Under the pieces are notes generated by a model. The model saw only the letters and a list, made by a program, of their open reading frames with translations, did not search any database and was not told where the DNA came from. A stretch of 51,467 bases of DNA from Lysobacter sp. (GTDB lineage Bacteria; Pseudomonadota; Gammaproteobacteria; Xanthomonadales; Xanthomonadaceae): NCBI GenBank assembly GCA_039930265.1, contig JBDSPO010000148.1, positions 1 through 51,467 on the forward strand. Reading direction: 5' to 3'. Below, in pieces: positions 50,314 through 51,467 of this stretch. Each line of letters begins with the position of its first letter. Position 1 is the first letter of the stretch. The translations under genes were made by a program, and so were the position numbers.

Positions 50314-50799
50314 TTACCAGTAGCCCCACCAAGGCCACGGCGCCGGACGGGTAATCACGTCGACGCGCTCCTGGATCGGCCACAGGTAGACCACGTCGGC
50401 CGCGACCCGCGGGAAACGGTAGTCGTAGCCGCCGATACGGCGGTTCTCGTAGCCGTCGATGCGTCCGGTGAAGGTCACCTCGCGGTTGGTCTGGAACAAT
50501 GCGGGATCATAGAAGCCGTCGCGGCAGGCGATGAAACGTCCGCCGACATCGTCGGTTGCCCAATAGGGTCGCCCGTAGACATTCAAGCGGGTGGACATCA
50601 TCTCGAAACAGGTGCGGTTGGTCTGCGGCTCGACCTGGACGATGCGTCCGCCCCACCGCACCAGCGCGCCCGTGCGGTCGGTGCTGCTGCTGTCGCGCGG
50701 ACTGATCTGGGCGAAGTCGCCCTGCAGCGGCTTTGGCTGGCTGGCACAGGCGGCCAACAGCAGCGTTGCGACGATGATCGTGGCATGACGGATCTTCAT
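50314..50799 (-). CDS. Slp family outer-membrane lipoprotein
   Basis: Lipobox LAAC; VRWGGRI, GRF, FYDP and YRFP motifs. Confidence 0.92.
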   Translation of the reverse strand: MKIRHATIIVATLLLAACASQPKPLQGDFAQISPRDSSSTDRTGALVRWGGRIVQVEPQTNRTCFEMMSTRLNVYGRPYWATDDVGGRFIACRDGFYDPALFQTNREVTFTGRIDGYENRRIGGYDYRFPRVAADVVYLWPIQERVDVITRPAPWPWWGYW

Positions 50800-51467
50800 C
50801 AGCTTTCTCCGTTTCCAGATGGAAGTGCATGGCCCTGTGACGGGCGGTGACGACGCAGTGAGCGGATCAGGTCGCGCGACGCGGCTGCAGCATCGGGCAC
50901 GTGCCCAGCGTAGCGCCAATTGGTGAAACGCACGCTGAGCCGTTGCAGTTCTTCAGCCGAACCGGCAGTGTGCGGCGCGATGCGTTGCGCCCAGACGGTA
51001 GCGGGTTCGTCGGGACTGCGCCCCAAGCCCTGGCGGCGGTAGCGGTGCTCCAGAGCGTGCCAGGCGCGCAGCACCGGGTCGCGCAGGCGCTCGCCGCGGT
51101 GCGACCGCCACGCCATCCACAGCACTGCCAGCAGCGACACCAGACCGAACAGCAGCCCCAGGCGCATGCCATCGAGACGCTCGATGCCCAGGGGCCGCAA
51201 CAGCCGCGACTGGCGGTCGGCATCGAAGCCCAGCACCATCTGGTTCCAGCTGCGGCGCAACCAGTCGGTGGTGTTGAACAGCCGGCTGGCCTCGCCCCCG
51301 AGCATGCGTCCAAACAGACCGTCCGCGCCGGGTCGGCGGTCATCCAGCGTGTCGTAGATCCGCTCCGGTGCCACCGCGGCGGTGGGGTCGAACCGTACCC
51401 AGCCCCGACCTGCCAGCCACACCTCCGCCCAGGCGTGTGCGTCGGAGCGTCGGACCAGCCAGTAGTC
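50799..51467 (-). CDS. Transglutaminase-like (TgpA/DUF3488-type) membrane protein, 3' part only
   Basis: Frame open to the window edge: DAHAWAEVW..GW.RFDPT, then a TM segment and a DUF4129-like tail. Confidence 0.9.
   Translation of the reverse strand, partial: DYWLVRRSDAHAWAEVWLAGRGWVRFDPTAAVAPERIYDTLDDRRPGADGLFGRMLGGEASRLFNTTDWLRRSWNQMVLGFDADRQSRLLRPLGIERLDGMRLGLLFGLVSLLAVLWMAWRSHRGERLRDPVLRAWHALEHRYRRQGLGRSPDEPATVWAQRIAPHTAGSAEELQRLSVRFTNWRYAGHVPDAAAASRDLIRSLRRHRPSQGHALPSGNGES

Overview
High-GC core-chromosome segment of a Xanthomonadaceae bacterium (Lysobacter/Luteimonas-like; inferred from gene content and order, not from a search). It is almost fully tiled by recognisable genes: colRS-like two-component pair, gltX-zur-GNAT, a ZnuD-like TonB-dependent receptor divergent from a MerC-domain gene across a Zur box, ribosomal protein THX, dipeptidase-hutI, mfd, CDF transporter, rlmJ, phoB-phoR-ppk1-ppx, bepA, grxC, idh, a BI-1/YccA protein, tig-clpP-clpX-lon-hupB-ppiD, fabI-mltD-gloB, yafS-rnhA-dnaQ, a PP2C phosphatase, LPS genes (GT9, kdkA), dnaX-ybaB-recR-hinT, slp and a partial transglutaminase gene. 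It also holds 10 tRNAs and the SRP RNA. I see no integrase, IS, prophage, CRISPR array or defence island. I cannot claim a wholly new system. The best candidate is a putative Zur-controlled zinc-uptake pair (outer-membrane ZnuD-like receptor plus an inner-membrane His/Cys-tailed MerC-family protein outside any mer operon). Smaller leads are a THX protein with a histone-H1-like tail, an orphan hutI paired with an exported dipeptidase, repeated leaderless-mRNA promoter geometry, a candidate idh 3'UTR sRNA, and several unexplained DNA motifs. All family assignments come from motif recognition by eye.
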